Below, in pieces: positions 9,200-21,600 of a stretch of DNA of 64,000 nucleotides; positions within the stretch are counted from its first letter, which is position 1; every line of letters begins with the position of its first letter. The notes beneath the pieces are model-generated. The model made no database searches, was not told the DNA's origin, and was given only the letters and a program-made list of their open reading frames with translations. Both the position numbers and the translations under genes were made by a program. The DNA comes from Antedon mediterranea. Its lineage: Eukaryota > Animalia > Echinodermata. The stretch is from positions 9,668,252 through 9,732,251 of the forward strand of contig NC_092678.1 of NCBI RefSeq assembly GCF_964355755.1, given 5' to 3'.

Positions 9200-9659
9200 T
9201 GTAATAAATTACCATTCCCTAACATATAGAGTAACATAGTATTTACATGAACATTCTAGAATAAGATGTTTTGATTTAAGAAACCATGTATAATTAATAA
9301 GAACAATCAAGAACATTCCAGAAGTGCTATTAATAGAAACTGTAATCATGTAATAATGAGAAGTATAAAGAATGATCTAGAAGGATAGGAGCATCTTGTA
9401 TATAAAGGGATGTAAACTATTGTAAGGTTGTTGGATTAGAGGTTGGATTAGAGGTTGGATGTTATATTGTAAAGTCATTGTGAAGCTGTTGTTTAAAGTG
9501 CTTACTGGATTGTTAAAAGTTGAAGTTGATTGAAATTAAAGCTTTGTTTTTGAGTTATTTTACAACTTTGTGGATTTTGTGTGTATACTTTTATGTCACA
9601 AGGGAGTTCCTAAAGTATTTTCAACCGCTCGGAAACATACGTGAGAGGAGTTCGTGACA
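9200..9659 (+). repeat. 3' LTR (460 bp)
   Basis: Same length as 3671-4130, with no differences detected by manual comparison. Confidence 0.97.
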
Positions 9660-12600
9660 AACATCATTTTACATTGATGGATCATGCATTTCATATAAAT
9701 AGACTGTTATCAGCTCTTCAGTCATCTACTGGTTTGTGGCGTAACCGGTAGTGCTCAGGTTTGAGTTCTCGCAGTAGTGGGTTCGAACCTCTACGAATTT
9801 TTTTTTTTCTTTTTTTTTTAATTGAAAATAAATATTTTTTTTGAAAGTGAGATATTTTGAGCGTGTTAGAGTGCTTTCAGTAGTGGGTTCGAACCTCTAG
9901 GGATTTTTTTTTTTTTTGAAATTGAAAATAAATATTGTTTTTGAAAGTGAGATATTTTGAGGGCTGTAAATGTCAGGCCTAAACAAGTGGACCTTTTTTA
10001 AAATCAGAAACAAAGTTGCATGGCATTATTTTTCATTGGTTGATCATCCATTTCATATATATAGACTATTATCAGCTCTTCAGTCATATACTGGTTTGCG
10101 GCGTAACGGGTAATGCTCAGTTTTGAGTGATTTCAATAGTGGGTTTGAACTTCTAGGGATATTTGTTTTCTTTTTTTTTATTTGAAAATAAATATTGTTT
10201 TTGAAAGTGAGATATTTTGAGGGTTGTAAATGTCAGGCCTAAACAAGTGAACCTTTTTTAAAATTAGAAACAAAGTTGCATGGCATTATTTTTCATGGAT
10301 TGATCATTAATTTCATATAAATAGACTATTATCAGCTCTTCAGTTATCTACTGGTTTGTGGCGTAACGGGTAATACCCAGGTTTGAGTGCTCTCAGTAGC
10401 GGGTTCCAACCTCTAGGGATATTGCTTTTTTTTTCTTATTGAAAATAAATATTTTTTTTGAAAATGAGATATTTTTTAGGGTTGTAAATGTCAGGCTTAA
10501 AAAATGGATCTTTTTTCAAATCAGAAACAAAGTTGCATGGCATTATTTTTCATTGATTGATAATTCATTTCATATAAATAGACTATTACCAGCTCTTCAG
10601 TAATCTACTGGTTTGTGGCGTAACGAGTAATGCTCAGGTTTGAGTGCTCTGAGTAGTGGGTCGAATCTCTAGGGATACTTTTTTTCTTTTTTTTTTAAAT
10701 TGAAAATAAATATGGTTTTTGAAAGTGAGATATTTTGAGGGTTGTAAATGTCAGGCCTAAACAAGTGGACCTTTTTTTAAATCAGAATCAAAGTTGCATG
10801 GCATTATTTTTCATTGATTGATAATTTGTTTCATATAAATAGACTATTATCAGCTCTTCAGTCATCTACTGGTTTGAGGCGTAACGGGTAATGCTCATGT
10901 TTGAGTGCTCTCAGTAGTGGGTTCGAACATATACGGGTATTTTTTTTCTTTTTTTTTAATTGAAAATAAATATTGTTTTTGAAAGTGAGATATTTTGAGG
11001 GTTGCAACTGTCAGGCCTAAACAAGTGAACCTTTTTTAAAATCAGAAACAAAGTTGCATGGTATTATTTTTCATTGATTGATCATCTATTTCATATAAAT
11101 AGACTATTATCAGCTCTTCAGTCATATACTGGTTTGCGGCGTAACGGGTAATGCTCAGGTTTGAGTGATTTCAATAGTGGGTTCGAACTTCTAGGGATAT
11201 TTTTTTTTCTTTTTTTTTTTATTTGAAAATAAATATTGTTTTTGAAAGTGAGATATTTTGAGGGTTTTAAATGTCAAGCCTAACCAAGTGGACCTTTTTT
11301 TAAAATCAGAAACAAAGTTACATAACATCATTTTACATTGATGGATCATTCATTTCATATAAATAGACTGTTATCAGCTCTTCAGTCATCTACTGGTTTG
11401 TAGCGTAACCGGTAGTGCTCAGGTTTGAGTTCTCGCAGTAGTGGGTTCGAAACTCTACGAATATTTTTTTTCTTTTTTTTTTAATTGAAAATAAATATTT
11501 TTTTTGAAAGTGAGATATTTTGAGGGTTGTAAATGTCAGGCCTAAACAAGTGGACCTTTTTTAAAATCAGAAACAAAGTTGCATGGCATTATTTTTCATT
11601 GATTGATCATTCATTTCATATAAATAGACTATTATCAGCTCCGCAGTCATCTACTGGTTTGTGGCGTAACGGATAATGCTCAGGTTTGAGTGCTTTCAGT
11701 AGTGGGTTCGAACCTCTAGGGATTTTTTTTTTTTTAAATTGAAAATAAATATTGTTTTTGAAAGTGAGATATTTTGAGGGTTGTAAATGTCAGGCCTAAA
11801 CAAGTGGACCTTTTTTAAAATCAGAAACAAAGTTGCATGGCATTATTTTTCATTGGTTGATCATCCATTTCATATAAATAGACTATTATCAGCTCTTCAG
11901 TTATATACTGGTTTGCGGCGTAACGGGTAATGCTCAGTTTTGAGTGATTTCAATAGTGGGTTCAAACTTCTAGGGATATTTTTTTTTTTTTTTTTTATTT
12001 GAAAATAAATATTGTTTTTGAAAGTGAGATATTTTGAGGGTTGTAAATGTCAGGCCTAAACAAGTGAACATTTTTTTCAATCAGAAACAAAGTTGCATGT
12101 CATTATTTTTCATTGATTGATCATTCATTTCATATATATAGACTATTATCAGCTCCTCAGTTACCTACTGGTTTTTGGCGTAACGTGTAATGCTCAGGTT
12201 TGAGTGCTCCCAGTAGTGGGTTCGAACCTATACGGGTATTTTTTTTTCTTTTTTTTTTAATTGAAAATAAATATTAAAAGTGAGATATTTTGAGGGTTGC
12301 AACTGTCAGGCCTAAACAAGTGAACCTTTTTTTAAATCAGAAACAAAGTTACATGGAATTATTTTTCATTGATTGATCATCCATTTCATATAAATAGACT
12401 ATTATCAGCTCTTCAGTCATAAAATGGTTTGCGGCGAACGGGTAATGCTCAGGTTTGAGTGATTTCAATAGTGGGTTCGAACTTCTAGGGATATTTTTTT
12501 TCTTTTTTTTTTTATTTGCAAATAAATATTGTTTTTGAAGGTGAGATATTTTGAGGGTTGTAAATGTCAGGCCTAAACAAGTGAACATTTTTTTAAATCA

Positions 12601-15600
12601 GAAACAAAGTTGCATGGCATTATTTTTCATTCATTTATTATTCATTTCATATAAATAGAGTATTATCAGCTCTTCAGTCATCTACTGGTTTGAGGCGTAA
12701 CGGGTAATGCTCAAGTTTGAGTGCTCGCAGTAGTGGGTTCGAACCTCTAGGGATAGTTCTTTTCTTTTTTTTTTATTGAAAATAAATATTTTTTTTGAAG
12801 GTGAGATATTTTGAGGGTTGTAAATGACAGGCCTAAACAAATGAACCTTTTTTAAAATCAGAAACAAAGTTGCATGGCGTTATTTTTCATTGATTGATCA
12901 TTAATTTCATATATATAGACTATTATCAGCTCTTCAGTCATCTACTGGTTTGTGGCGTAACCGGTAGTGCTCAGGTTTGAGTTCTCGCAGTAGTGGGTTC
13001 GAAACTCTACGAATATTTTTTTTCTTTTTTTTTAATTGAAAATAATATTGTTTTTGAAAGTGAGATAGTTTGAGGGTTGTAAATGTCAGGCCTAAACAAG
13101 TGAACCTTTTTTAAAATCAGAAACAAAGTTGCATGGCATTATTTTTCATTGATTTATTATTCATTTCATATAAATAGATTATTATCAGCTCTTCAGTCAT
13201 CTACTGGTTTGAGGCGTAACGGGTAATGCTCAAGTTTGAGTGCTCGCAGTAGTGGGTTCGAACCTCTAGAGATATTTCATTTCTTTTTTTTTTAATTGAA
13301 AATAAATATTTTTTTTGAAAGTGAGATATTTTGAGGTTTGTAAATGTCAGGCCTAAACAAATGAACCTTTTTTAAATCAGAAACAAAGTTGCATGGCATT
13401 ATTTTTCATTGATTGATCATTAATTTCATATAAATAGACTATTATCAGCTATTCAGTTATCTACTGGTTTGTGGCGTAACGGGTAATACCCAGGTTTGAG
13501 TGCTCTCAGTAGCGGGTTCCAACCTCTAGGGATATTACTTTTTTTTTCTTATTGAAAATAAATATTTTTTTTGAAAATGAGATTTTTTTTAGGGTTGTGA
13601 ATGTCAGGCCTAAACAAATGGATCTTTTTTAAAATCAGAAACAAAGTTGCATGGCATTGTTTTTCATTGATTGATCATTTATTTCATATAAATAGACTAT
13701 TATCAGCTCCTCAGTCACCTACTGGTTTGTGGCGTAACGGATAATGCTCAGGGTTGAGTGCTCTCAGTAGTGGGTTCGAACCTCTAGGGTTTTTTTTTTT
13801 TTTAAATTGAAAATAAATATTGTTTTTGAAAGTGAGATATTTTGAGGGTTGTAAATATCAGGTCTAAACAAGTGGACCTTTTTTAAAATCAGAAACAAAG
13901 TTGCATGGCATTATTTTTCATTGATTTATTATTTATTTCATATAAATAGAGTATTATCAGCTCTTCAGTCATCTAGTGGTTTGTGGCGTAACGGGTAATG
14001 CTCAAATTTGAGTGCTCTCACTAGTGGGTTCGAACCTCTACGGATATTTTTTTTTTTTTTTTTAAATTTAAAATAAATATTGTTTTTGAAAGTGAAATAT
14101 TTTGAGGGTTGTAAATGTCAGGCCTAAACAAGTGAACCTTTTTTAAAATCAGAAACAAGGTTGAATGGCATTATTTTTCATTGATTTATTATTAATTTCA
14201 TATAAATAGAGTATTATCAGCTCTTCAGTCATCTACTGGTTTGAGGCGTAACGGGTAATGCTCAAGTTTGAGTGTTCGCAGTAGTGGGTTCGAACCCCTA
14301 GGGATATTTCTTTTCTTTTTTTTTTAATTGAAAATAATTTTTTTTTTTAAAGTGAGATATTTTGAGGGTTGTAAATGTCAGGCCTAAACAAATGAACCTT
14401 TTTTAACATCAGAAACAAAGTGGCATGGCATTATTTTTCATTGATTGATCATTAATTTCATATAAATAGACTATTATCAACTCGTCAGTTATCTACTGGT
14501 TTGTGGCGTAACGGGTAATACCCAGGTTTGAGTGCTCTCAGTAGCGTGTTCCAACCTGTAAGGATATTTTTTTTTTAATTGAAAATAAATATTGTTTTTG
14601 AAAGTGAGATATTTTGAGGGTTGTAAATGTCAGGCCTAAACAAGTGAACATTTTTTTCAATCAGAAACAAAGTTGCATGGCATTATTTTTCATTGACTGA
14701 TCATTCATTTCATATATATAGACTATTATCAGCTCTTCAGTCATCTACTGGTTTGTGGCGTAACGGGTAATGCTCAAGTTTGAGTGCTCTCACTAGTAGT
14801 TTCTACGGATATTTTGTTTCTATTTTTTTTTTTATTTAAAATAAATATTGTTTTTGAAAGTGAGATATTTTGAGGGTTGTAAATGTCAAGCCTAAACAAA
14901 TGAACCTTTTTTTAAATCAGAAACAAAGTTGCATGGCATTATTTTTCATTGATTTATTATTTAATTCATATAAATAGAGTATTATCAGCTCTTCAGTCAT
15001 CTACTTGTTTGTGGCGTAGCGGGTAATGCTCCAATTTCAGCGCTCTCACTAGTGGGTTCGAACCTCTACTGATATTTTATTTCTTTTTATTTTTTAATTG
15101 AAAAAATATTGTTTTTGAAAGTGAGATATTTTGAGGGTTGTAAATGTCAGGCCAAAACAAGTGAACCTTTTTTAAAATCAGAAACAAAGTTGCATGGCAT
15201 TATTTTTCATTGATTGATCATTCATTTCATATAAATAGACTATTATCCGCTCCTCAGTCACCTACTGGTTGGTGGCGTAACGGATAATGCTCAGGTTTGA
15301 GTTCTCTCAGTAGTGGGTTCGAACCTCTAGGGATTTTTTTTTTTAAATTGAAAATAAATATTGTTTTTGAAAGTGAGATATTTTTAGGGTTGTAAATATC
15401 AGGCCTAAACAAGTGGACCTTTTTTAAAATCAGAAACAAAGTTGCATGGCATTATTTTTCATTGATTGATCATTCATTTCATATAAATAGACTATTATCA
15501 GCTCTTCAGTCATCTACTGGTTTGTGGCGTAACGGGTAATGCTCAGTTTTGAGTGCTCTGAGTAGTGGGTCGAACCTCTAGGGATATTTTTTTTCTTTTT

Positions 15601-18600
15601 TTTTTAAATTGAAAATAAATATGGTTTTTGAAAGTGAGATATTTTGAGGGTTGTAAATGTCAGGCCTAAACAAGTGGACCTTTTTAAAAATGATAAACAA
15701 AGTTGCATGGCATTATTTTTCATTGATTGATCATTCATTTCATATAAATAGACTATTATCAGCTCTTCAGTCATCTACTGGTTTGTGGCGTAACGGGTAA
15801 TGCTCAGGTTTGAGTGCTCTGAGTAGTGGGTCGAACCTCTAGGGATATTTTTTTTCTTTTTTTTTTAATTGAAAATAAATATGGTTTTTGAAAGTGAGAT
15901 ATTTTGAGGGTTGTAAATATCAGGCCTAAACAAGTGGACCTTTTTTAAAATCAGAAACAAAGTTGCATGGCATTATTTTTCATTGATTTATTATTTATTT
16001 CATATAAATAGAGTATTATCAGCTCTTCAGTCATCTACTGGTTTGTGGCGTAACGGGTAATGCTCAAGTTTGAGTGCTCTCACTAGTGGGTTCGAACCTC
16101 TACGGATATTTTGTTTCTTTTTTTTTTTTATTTAAAATATATATTGTTTTGAAAGTGAGATATTTTGAGGGTTGTAAATGTCAGGCCTAAACAAGTGAAC
16201 CATTTTTAAAATCAGAAACAAAGTTGCATTGCATTATTTTTCATTGATTTATTATTAATTTCTTATAAATAGAGTATTATCAGCTCTTCAGTCATCTACT
16301 GGTTTGAGGCGTAACGGGTAATGCTCAGGTTTGAGTTCTCGCAGTAGTGGGTTCGAACCTCTACGAATATTTTTTTTTTTTTTTTTTTTTTTATTGAAAA
16401 TAAATATTGTTTTTGAAAGTGAGATATTTTGAGGGTTGTAAATGTCAGGCCTAAACAAGTGGACCTTTTTTAAAATCAGAAACAAAGTTGTATGGCATTA
16501 TTTTTCATTGATTTATTATTTATTTCATATAAATAGAGTATTATCAGCTCTTCAGTCATCTACTAGTTTGTGGCGTAACGGGTAATGCTCAAGTTTGAGT
16601 GCTCTCACTAGTGGGTTCGAACCTCTACGGATATTTTGTTTCTTTTTTTTTTTTATTTAAAATAAATATTGTTTTTGAAAGTGAGATATTTTGAGGGTTG
16701 TAAATGTCAGGCCTAAACAAGTGAACCTTTTTTAAAATCAGAAGCAAAGTTGCATGGCATTATTTTTCATTGATTTATTATTAATTTCATATAAATAGAG
16801 TATTATCAGCTCTTCAGTCATCTACTGGTTTGAGGCGTAACGGGTAATGCTCAGGTTTGAGTTCTCGCAGTAGTGGGTTCGAACCTCTACGAATATTTGT
16901 TTTCTTTTTTTTTTTTTATTTAAAAAAATATTTTTTTTGAAAGTGAGATATTTTGAGGGTTGTAAATGTCAGGCCTAAACAAGTGGACCTTTTTTAAAAT
17001 CAGAAACAAATTTGCATGGCATTATTTTTTATTGATTGATCATTCATTTCATATAAATAGACTATTATCAGCTCTTCAGTTATCTACTGGTTTGTGCCGT
17101 AACGGGTAATGCTCAAGTTTGAGTGCTCTCACTAGTGGGTTCGAACCTCTACGGATATTTTTTTTTTTTTTTTTTAAATAAATATTGTTTTTGAAAGTGA
17201 GATATTTTGAGGGTTGTAAATGTCAGGCCTAAACAAGTGAACCTTTTTTAAAATCAGAAACAAAGTTGCATGGCATTATTTTTCATTGATTTATTATTAA
17301 TTTCATATAATTAGAGTATTATCAGCTCTTCAGTCATCTACTGGTTTGAGGCGTAACGGGTAATGCTCAGGTTTGAGTTCTCGCAGCAGTGGGTTCGAAC
17401 CTCTACGAATATTTTTTTTCTTTTTTTTTCTTATTGAAAAAAATATTGTTTTTGAAAGTGAGATATTTTGAGGGTTGTAAATGTCAGGCCTAAACAAGTG
17501 GACCTTTTTTAAAATCAGAAACAAAGTTGCATGGCAATATTTTTCATTGATTGATCATTAATTTCATATAAATAGACTAATATCAACTCTTCAGTTATCT
17601 ACTGGTTTGTGGCGTAACTGGTAATACCCAGGTTTGAGTGCTCTCAGTAGCGGGTTCCAACCTCTAGGGATATTGCTTTTTTTTTTTCTTATTGAAAATA
17701 AATATTTTTTTTGAAAATGAGATATTTTTTAGGGTTGTAAATGTCAGGCCTAAACAAATGGATCTTTTTTAAAATCAGAAACAAAGTTGCATGGCATTAT
17801 TTTTCATTGATTGATAATTCATTTCATATAAATAGACTATTACCAGCTCTTCAGTCATCTACTGGTTTGTGGCGTAACGAGTAATGCTCAGGTTTGAGTG
17901 CTCTGAGTAGTGGGTCGAACCTCTAGGGATACTTTTTTTCTTTTTTTTTACATTGAAAATAAATATTGTTTTTGAAAGTGAGATATTTTGAGGGTTGTAA
18001 ATATCAGGCCTAAACAAGTGAACCTTTTTTAAAATCAGAAACAAAGTTGCATTGCATTATTTTTCATTGATTTATTATTAATTTCATATAAATAGAGTAT
18101 TATCAGCTCTTCAGTCATCTACTGGTTTGAGGCGTAACGGGTAATGCTCAGGTTTGAGTTCTCGCAGTAGTGGGTTCGAACCTCTACGAATATTTTTTTT
18201 ATTTTTTTTTTTTTATTGAAAATAAATATTGTTTTTGAAAGTGAGATATTTTGAGGGTTGTAAATGTCAGGCCTAAACAAGTGGACCTTTTTTAAAATCA
18301 GAAACAAAGTTGTATGGCATTATTTTTCATTGATTTATTATTTATTTCATATAAATAGAGTATTATCAGCTCTTCAGTCATCTACTAGTTTGTGGCGTAA
18401 CGGGTAATGCTCAAGTTTGAGTGCTCTCACTAGTGGGTTCGAACTTCTACGGATATTTTGTTTCTTTTTTTTTTTTTATTTAAAATAAATATTGTTTTTG
18501 AAAGTGAGATATTTTGAGGGTTGTAAATGTCAGGCCTAAACAAGTGAACCTTTTTTAAAATCAGAAGCAAAGTTGCATGGCATTATTTTTCATTGATTTA

Positions 18601-21600
18601 TTATTAATTTCATATAAATAGAGTATTATCAGCTCTTCAGTCATCTACTGGTTTGAGGCGTAACGGGTAATGCTCAGGTTTGAGTTCTCGCAGTAGTGGG
18701 TTCGAACCTCTACGAATATTTGTTTTCTTTTTTTTTTTTTATTTAAAAAAATATTGTTTTTGAAAGTGAGATATTTTGAGGGTTGTAAATGTCAGGCCTA
18801 AACAAGTGGACCTTTTTTAAAATCAGAAACAAAGTTGCATGGCATTATTTTTTATTGATTGATCATTCATTTCATATAAATAGACTATTATCAGCTCTTC
18901 AGTTATCTACTGGTTTGTGCCGTAACGGGTAATGCTCAAGTTTGAGTGCTCTCACTAGTGGGTTCGAACCTCTACGGATATTTTTTTTTTTTTTTTTTAA
19001 ATAAATATTGTTTTTGAAAGTGAGATATTTTGAGGGTTGTAAATGTCAGGCCTAAACAAGTGAACCTTTTTTAAAATCAGAAACAAAGTTGCATGGCATT
19101 ATTTTTCATTGATTTATTATTAATTTCATATAATTAGAGTATTATCAGCTCTTCAGTCATCTACTGGTTTGTGGCGTAACCGGTAGTGCTCAGGTTTGAG
19201 TGCTCAGGTTTGAGTTCTCGCAGTAGTGGGTTCGAACCTCTACGAATATTTTTTTTCTTTTTTTTTTAATTGAAAATAAATATTGTTTTTGAAAGTGAGA
19301 TATTTTGAGAGTTGTAAATGTCAGGCCTAAACAAGTGGACCTTTTTTAAAATCAGAAACAAAGTTGCATGGCATTATTTTTCATTGATTGATCATTCATT
19401 TCATATAAATGGACTATTATCAGCTCCGCAGTCATCTACTGGTTTGTGGAATAACGGATAATGCTCAGGTTTGAGTGCTCTGAGTAGTGGGTCGAACCTC
19501 TAGGGATATTTTTTTTCTTTCTTTTTTAAATTGAAAATAAATTTGGTTTTTGAAAGTGAGATATTTTGAGGGTTGTAAATATCAGGCCTAAACAAGTGGA
19601 CCTTTTTTAAAATCAGAAACAAAGTTGCATGGCATTATTTTTCATTGATTTATTATTTATTTCATATAAATAGAGTATTATCAGCTCTTCAGTCATCTAC
19701 TGGTTTGTGGCGTAGCGGGTAATGCTCAAGTTTGAGTGCTCTCACTAGTGGGTTCGAACCTCTACTGATATTTTATTTATTTATTTTTTTAATTGAAAAA
19801 ATATTGTTTTTGAAAGTGAGATATTTTGAGGGTTGTAAATGTCAGGCCTAAACAAGTCAACATTTTTTTCAATCAGAAACAAAGTTGCATGGCATTATTT
19901 TTCATTGATTGATCATTCATTTCATATATATAGACTATTATCAGCTCCTCAGTCATCTACTGGTTTGTGGCGTAACGTGTAATGCTCAGATTTGAGTGCT
20001 CTCAGTAGTGGGTTCGAACCTATACGGGTATTTTTTTTTTCTTTTTTTTTTAATTGAAAATAAATATTGTTTTTGAAAGTGAGATATTTTGAGGGTTGCA
20101 ACTGTCAGGCCTAAACAAGTGAACCTTTTTTAAAATCAGAAACAAAGTTGCATGGCATTATTTTTCATTGATTGATCATCCATTTCATATAAATAGACTA
20201 TTATAAGCTCCTCAGTCATAAAATGGTTTGCGGCGAACGGGTAATGCTCAGGTTTGAGTGATTTCAATAGTGGGTTCGAACTTCTAGGGATATTTTTTTT
20301 TTTTTTTTTATTTGAAAATAAATATTTTTTTTGAAGGTGAGATATTTTGAGGGTTGTAAATGACAGGCCTAAACAAATGAACCTTTTTTAAAATCAGAAA
20401 CAAAGTTGCATGGCATTATTTTTCATTGATTTATTATTTATTTCATATAAATAGAGTATTATCAGCTCTTCAGTCATCTACTGGTTTGTGGCGTAGCGGG
20501 TAATGCTCAAGTTTGAGTGCTCTCACTAGTGGGTTCGAACCTCTACTGATATTTTATTTCTTTTTTTTTTTAATTGAAAAAATATTGTTTTTGAAAGTGA
20601 GATATTTTGAGGGTTGTAAATGTCAGGCCAAAACAAGTGAACCTTTTTTAAAATCAGAAACAAAGTTGCATGGCATTATTTTTCATTGATTGATCATTCA
20701 TTTCATATAAATAGACTATTATCAGCTCCTCAGTCACCTACTGGTTGGTGGCGTAACGGATAATGCTCAGGTTTGAGTTCTCTCAGTAGTGGGTTCGAAC
20801 CTCTAGGGATTTTTTTTTTTAAATTGAAAATAAATATTGTTTTTGAAAGTGAGATATTTTTAGGGTTGTAAATGTCAGGCCTAAACAAGTGAACCTTTTT
20901 TTAAATCAGAAACAAAGTTGCATGGCATTATTTTTCATTGATTGATCATTCATTTCATATAAATAGACTATTATCAGCTCTTCAGTCATCTACTGGTTTG
21001 TGGCGTAACGGGTAATGCTCAGTTTTGAGTGCTCTGAGTAGTGGGTCGAACCTCTAGGGATATTTTTTTTCTTTTTTTTTTAAATTGAAAATAAATATGG
21101 TTTTTGAAAGTGAGATATTTTGAGGGTTGTAAATGTCAGGCCTAAACAAGTGGACCTTTTTTAAAATCAGAAACAAAGTTGCATGGCATTATTTTTCATT
21201 GATTGATCATTCATTTCATATAAATAGACTATTATCAGCTCTTCAGTCATCTACTGGTTTGTGGCGTAACGGGTAATGCTCAGGTTTGAGTGCTCTGAGT
21301 AGTGGGTCGAACCTCTAGGGATATTTTTTTTCTTTTTTTTTTAATTGAAAATAAATATGGTTTTTGAAAGTGAGATATTTTGAGGGTTGTAAATATCAGG
21401 CCTAAACAAGTGGACCTTTTTTAAAATCAGAAACAAAGTGGCATGGCATTATTTTTCATTGATTTATTATTTATTTCATATAAATAGAGTATTATCAGCT
21501 CTTCAGTCATCTACTGGTTTGTGGCGTAATGGGTAATGCTCAAGTTTGAGTGCTCTCACTAGTGGGTTCGAACCTCTACGGATATTTTGTTTCTTTTTTT

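Larger units (their letters stand above)
3671..9659 (+). mobile_element. Full-length Gmr1-like Ty3/gypsy LTR retrotransposon
   Basis: Two 460-bp TG...CA LTRs, a 4-bp AACA duplication (3667-3670 and 9660-9663), PBS, PPT, and one gag-pol ORF with a gypsy-type RT but integrase placed before RT. Confidence 0.96.
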
